Shown here: positions 59,951-64,000 of the stretch, piece after piece
Numbering within the stretch: the first letter of the stretch is position 1
Layout: the number at the start of each line of letters is the position of its first letter
From: Dipteris shenzhenensis
Lineage: Eukaryota
NCBI GenBank assembly: GCA_047967505.1
Contig: CM106538.1
Direction: 5' to 3' (one strand)
DNA: 64,000 bases
Notes under the pieces: model-generated
Database searches by the model: none
The model's input: only the letters and a program-made list of their open reading frames with translations
Told to the model about the DNA's origin: nothing
Made by a program: the position numbers and the translations under genes

Positions 59951-62206
59951 TTTTATCTCATAACCACATAAATGTGGCCAAGGTGATGAGTTAGACTAGT
60001 GTGGTGGTGTTACCCCTTTTTTCTTTGTAGCTACATGGCCCCGTGGCACATGAGAGGTAATGTGGGTCATCGGTGTGAAAGTGATGTATTTTTGAAATCC
60101 GAGAAGCATGAAAATAGAGGTGCATATGTCTCTCACCACCATCGTAGTCGCCCTCCCCTCCCCCTCCAATGTAGAAAAAAGCAAGATAAATGCACAGAAA
60201 ACGACATGGTTCAAGCAAATGTAGCCAACTTCTTATGGAAAGCTCAGTGTTTCAGAGGGAGATTAGCAAACAACCTAGAATAGGCCATTTGGGTATCATG
60301 TCAAAAAACCTTCAAGGCCACTTTCGCATATCATGCGACCTATAGAAATGGAGCATACACAGAACACACCATCTAAATAGCAAGGTGCGTAGTACTTATA
60401 GGACGCATTATGCCAACCTAACAACAAGGGTGGCACATGTCCCAGGAGCATTGCCCTTTTTCGAAGAAACTAGGTGAAAAGGGAGGCTACGCTTGAAAGC
60501 TAGCCACAAAGTGCGCTAAGAAAAGGAAAGGCATTCATTCCAATGCAAAAAGTAACCCATCTAAGGTAACCATGTGGGACTAAACATAATTCCTTGTGGA
60601 AGTCCTTAGAGACAATCAAAACATTCCCATTACTAGTGCTGCCTCGGATCATTGTTCGAGACTAGATGCAAATAAGGACCTTGTGTGCACAAGACAATGT
60701 TTTTTATAGTGGCTCTCCTTCTGTTCTAAGCTACCACTCCTTAGCTTTTTAATCCACTTAATTGTTTCATACCTTGTAGTACAAATCTCAAAAGAGTTAA
60801 ACTTTCCAACGTGGTTACACATCACATTTCGCCTCTCTATGGGGAACCCATGAAGATCCTTCCTCCCTACTATGATCATCTAAGTTTCTCTATACATGCT
60901 CTTAGGGGCTATTGTTTTAGCTAGAATGTTGATGTCTCATCGTATGTAAGTCCACATTCTCAAGGGTGCTCCGAAATAAGCTCAAATGGAGAGTGCCTTT
61001 TGTGAGGGCAATTTTGTTACATGTGTATTATTGTTATGAAATTTGCACATGTACCAAAGTCAACTTTGACATAAAGTTTAGAATCTTGACCATCTTTATT
61101 TTTAAAGACTGTATTAGATATCGATGAGCTTTTAGATTGTATCCATTACTTGTGCACACGTATTGGTTGCAAATGAAATTCGAGAATACTTGTTATTCCA
61201 TAGGAAAAGTTGAGATACATATATATCCTTAATCATTTTGTCTTGATAGAAAAGTAAGGCCACTTCACAAATAGTTGAGAGTAGAGTGGGGAATATTGGA
61301 ATGTAAGGGTGAAAACGTGTTTAAAACTAGGCAAGGAACGTCGACTCAACGGCGAAATGATTAATAGGGAAATCTTTCTTTATATTGTATCAAGGTGAGC
61401 TCTATTTGTTCTAGAAAAACCAAATCATCATTTCATAAACCTTCCTTTGGAATTTGGACAACTGGCTGGTCATTACCCTTACACTTGTCTTTAGAGTCTG
61501 AGCCCTACAAAGAAGTCAATATACTTTTCAAACTCACCAAGATGGCAATATCTAATTGGCCTACTATATGCATTGCACGAGAGTCATTGTGCTATGTAAA
61601 TTAGAGACATGAGAGCATAAGAACCTACACCTACAAGTTTTCTAGCGTGCCTTTCTTATAGCAAGACAAATTCTTTTGGCTCAATTTATGATTATCTATA
61701 AGAAAGCTCATTTTGCCCTATCTCTTCTTCTACATACTCCTTGATAAAAGAGTAGTCAATGTATGCCATGCTGAAAAGTCTGCATCTAATGAAGCCCCTC
61801 AAACTTTCACATCCTTGTAAAGTACGCCTCTCATTTGTGACACAAGGAGATAGGTGGTTGGGGGTTTGTCCTATGGATGCACTTTTTAATTTCTAATTTA
61901 AACCTTACCTTGGTCAACTGTTTGTAGTAGTAGTTAAGGTGTCCATCTTAGATATTGCAATGTACCTTTGTAAAATGAAAGCATGATATGGCCTTTACAT
62001 AAGCAATCTCACTTATACATTACAGTCTCTTTTATTTTCTCACTTATACATTACATAAGCAATCTTCCATTCTCTTTTATATATGTGCCCCAATCAAACA
62101 AAATTAAAATCATTAAATTAACAAGAATTAGAGATACCAAAAGGTGGGTGAAAAGGGGAGATTAAAGGGAGGTACACATTATAAGGAGGTGAGTGGAGGC
62201 ATGTGC

Positions 62207-62210
<4 letters not shown>

Positions 62211-62269
<59 letters not shown>

Positions 62270-62286
62270 TGTGTGTGTGTGTGTGT
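62211..62286. repeat. (CT)n(GT)n compound microsatellite
   Basis: Seen directly. Confidence 0.95.
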
Positions 62287-64000
62287 ATGCTAATTCTCAC
62301 CAAAAAAAATGTGTGTGCTAGTCCTTCCACCTTTTGATTTCCCCCTTCTTCTCCATTCATGCTACCTACCTCTTTGCCTCCTTTAGCTGCTCATATCCTC
62401 CTTAGCATCCTCAAACCCCTAATCACCTCCTCTCCCTCCTTTGATCCAATTGTTGCCTTTCATCAACCCTTGCTGCCTCTTCATTTTCCCTTTGTGATTC
62501 CCCTCTTGGCTTGAAAATTTATGTAATGGGTCCATGGTTCTAGAATAATCTTATTGTGTGTGGATTTTGTTTTAGAAATTAGGGGAAAATGAAGTTTGAA
62601 TGCTTGTGTTACGTGTTCTAGATCAAAAGCTAGGGCGGCGGTCCTCCTAGGGCCCATGCATCTTTTGTAGCATGTGTGCCTAAGCAACTATATAGACTTA
62701 TATGTTTCTCAACATATTTAGAAAAACTAGATCATTTTAATCGCATTTTAATATTTGAGTTCATAGTTATGATCTACACAATAATGCATTTGCTTCAAAG
62801 GCATGAACATATTTATTTCTTTATCTATTTCAGACTACTTGGATAGGATTGCAGTTGTTTAATGCCATTTTTGCTAAAATGTTTAATTCTAGTGGGATCA
62901 TAGCACAAACAAATGGCATAACTCACACAAACCCCAATCTTGCTAGTTGTATAAGAGAACAAGTAGAAATCATGGTACATTTGCCAAGTAAGAGTACTTG
63001 TTTCAATCTCACAGTAGTTGCACTTTGCACATTAGAATAATGCAGCACCTTATAACTCTTTCACATATCATACCTTCTTGTCTTTATATGTTTTACCAAA
63101 ATCGAATGGTAAAGTGGCATGCTTTTGTGCAAGGGAAAAATTTAACAATAGCATGACATTTTTTTTAAACTCATTCTTTCCATGAGCAAGTTGAGATTGT
63201 CACAAGTCCCATACACATTATGTGCACTTGAAAATTAAGACATTGTTATTCTCTAGGGATTCCGTTCATGTTTTCATGTTTGTGTTAATGCATCATTCAC
63301 GATCATCATTTTCGGCCCAAAATTGCATGAAAATAATATTATCATGTTGATAGCCTGGAAAAATCACTAGTAAATCACATAAAAATACCGGTAGCAACAT
63401 CTTTAATATTGGTAATGATACCCTTTGTACTTGCAATACAAGCCATGTACTGTTGGGCTTTTTAATATTAATCTTAGTATTATTCTTTATATTGCCAATA
63501 TTATGATTTATATCGAAAGCACTATGGAATTTATTCGCCAATATTTGTGATCAGCTTTCCCACCTATTTTTTAATTATAAAAAGGTTGTTAGAGCCTCAA
63601 GTGCTCTTCATTCGGCAAGATTGTAGTCCATAGCTTTGCACCTAGCGTGGTCGGGTAAGGTGGAGCACAAATGAGTAGTGAGAGAAAGAGGGAGATGAAG
63701 AGGCTAGTCATTGTGACTGCAGAAGTTTCCAGCATATTGGGGTAAGAGTCAACCACAACAACAAACCAATGAATGAGAAGGAGATTATGTGAGGTAATGA
63801 GACTTGCCAGAGGATTTTTTACCCAATGTTTTGGATTGGGGAGATGGCATTCTTGCCTTCATATTCATGTAAGCTACCAATTGTATTTGGAGAGATTGTA
63901 TTGATGTGTGTTTATGTATTTGGACTTTTGTTTGAAAACTAGATTTTCATTTAGTGCAACTTGTATTATGTGTTATTTATTGTTGTTTACAATAGCAATG

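Noticed and set aside
60000-64000. Short ORFs upstream of GLT1
   Set aside because: AT-rich intergenic sequence with no recognisable protein motifs.

Overview
Repeat-rich eukaryotic DNA from a land plant. GT-AG introns, a plastid-targeted NADH-GOGAT and plant-type LTR/LINE elements support this; a fern-like origin is my inference only. The first ~44 kb is a nest of decayed transposons: a Ty1/Copia element (pol, PPT, 3' LTR to ~6930) carrying a very young 2,034-bp non-autonomous LTR insertion; a Sola-like DNA transposase relic; two LINEs; a truncated minus-strand Copia; and a chromodomain Gypsy fragment. The last 20 kb holds an intact 22-coding-exon NADH-dependent glutamate synthase gene (GLT1, minus strand). 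The highlight is 6.9-13.4 kb. An intron-containing RAG1-core/Transib-like DDE transposase pseudogene lies directly upstream of a co-oriented single-exon histone H3 variant pseudogene (346 aa when repaired). Its ~240-aa N-terminal extension carries repeated copies of the H3 tail motif (PTKQTAWKST, PRTKQTPR, QRTHQT). A long hairpin and a convergent unknown spliced gene follow. I infer this is a multi-gene RAG-like transposon encoding its own histone or histone-tail decoy. All translations and splice sites were read by eye; no searches were run.
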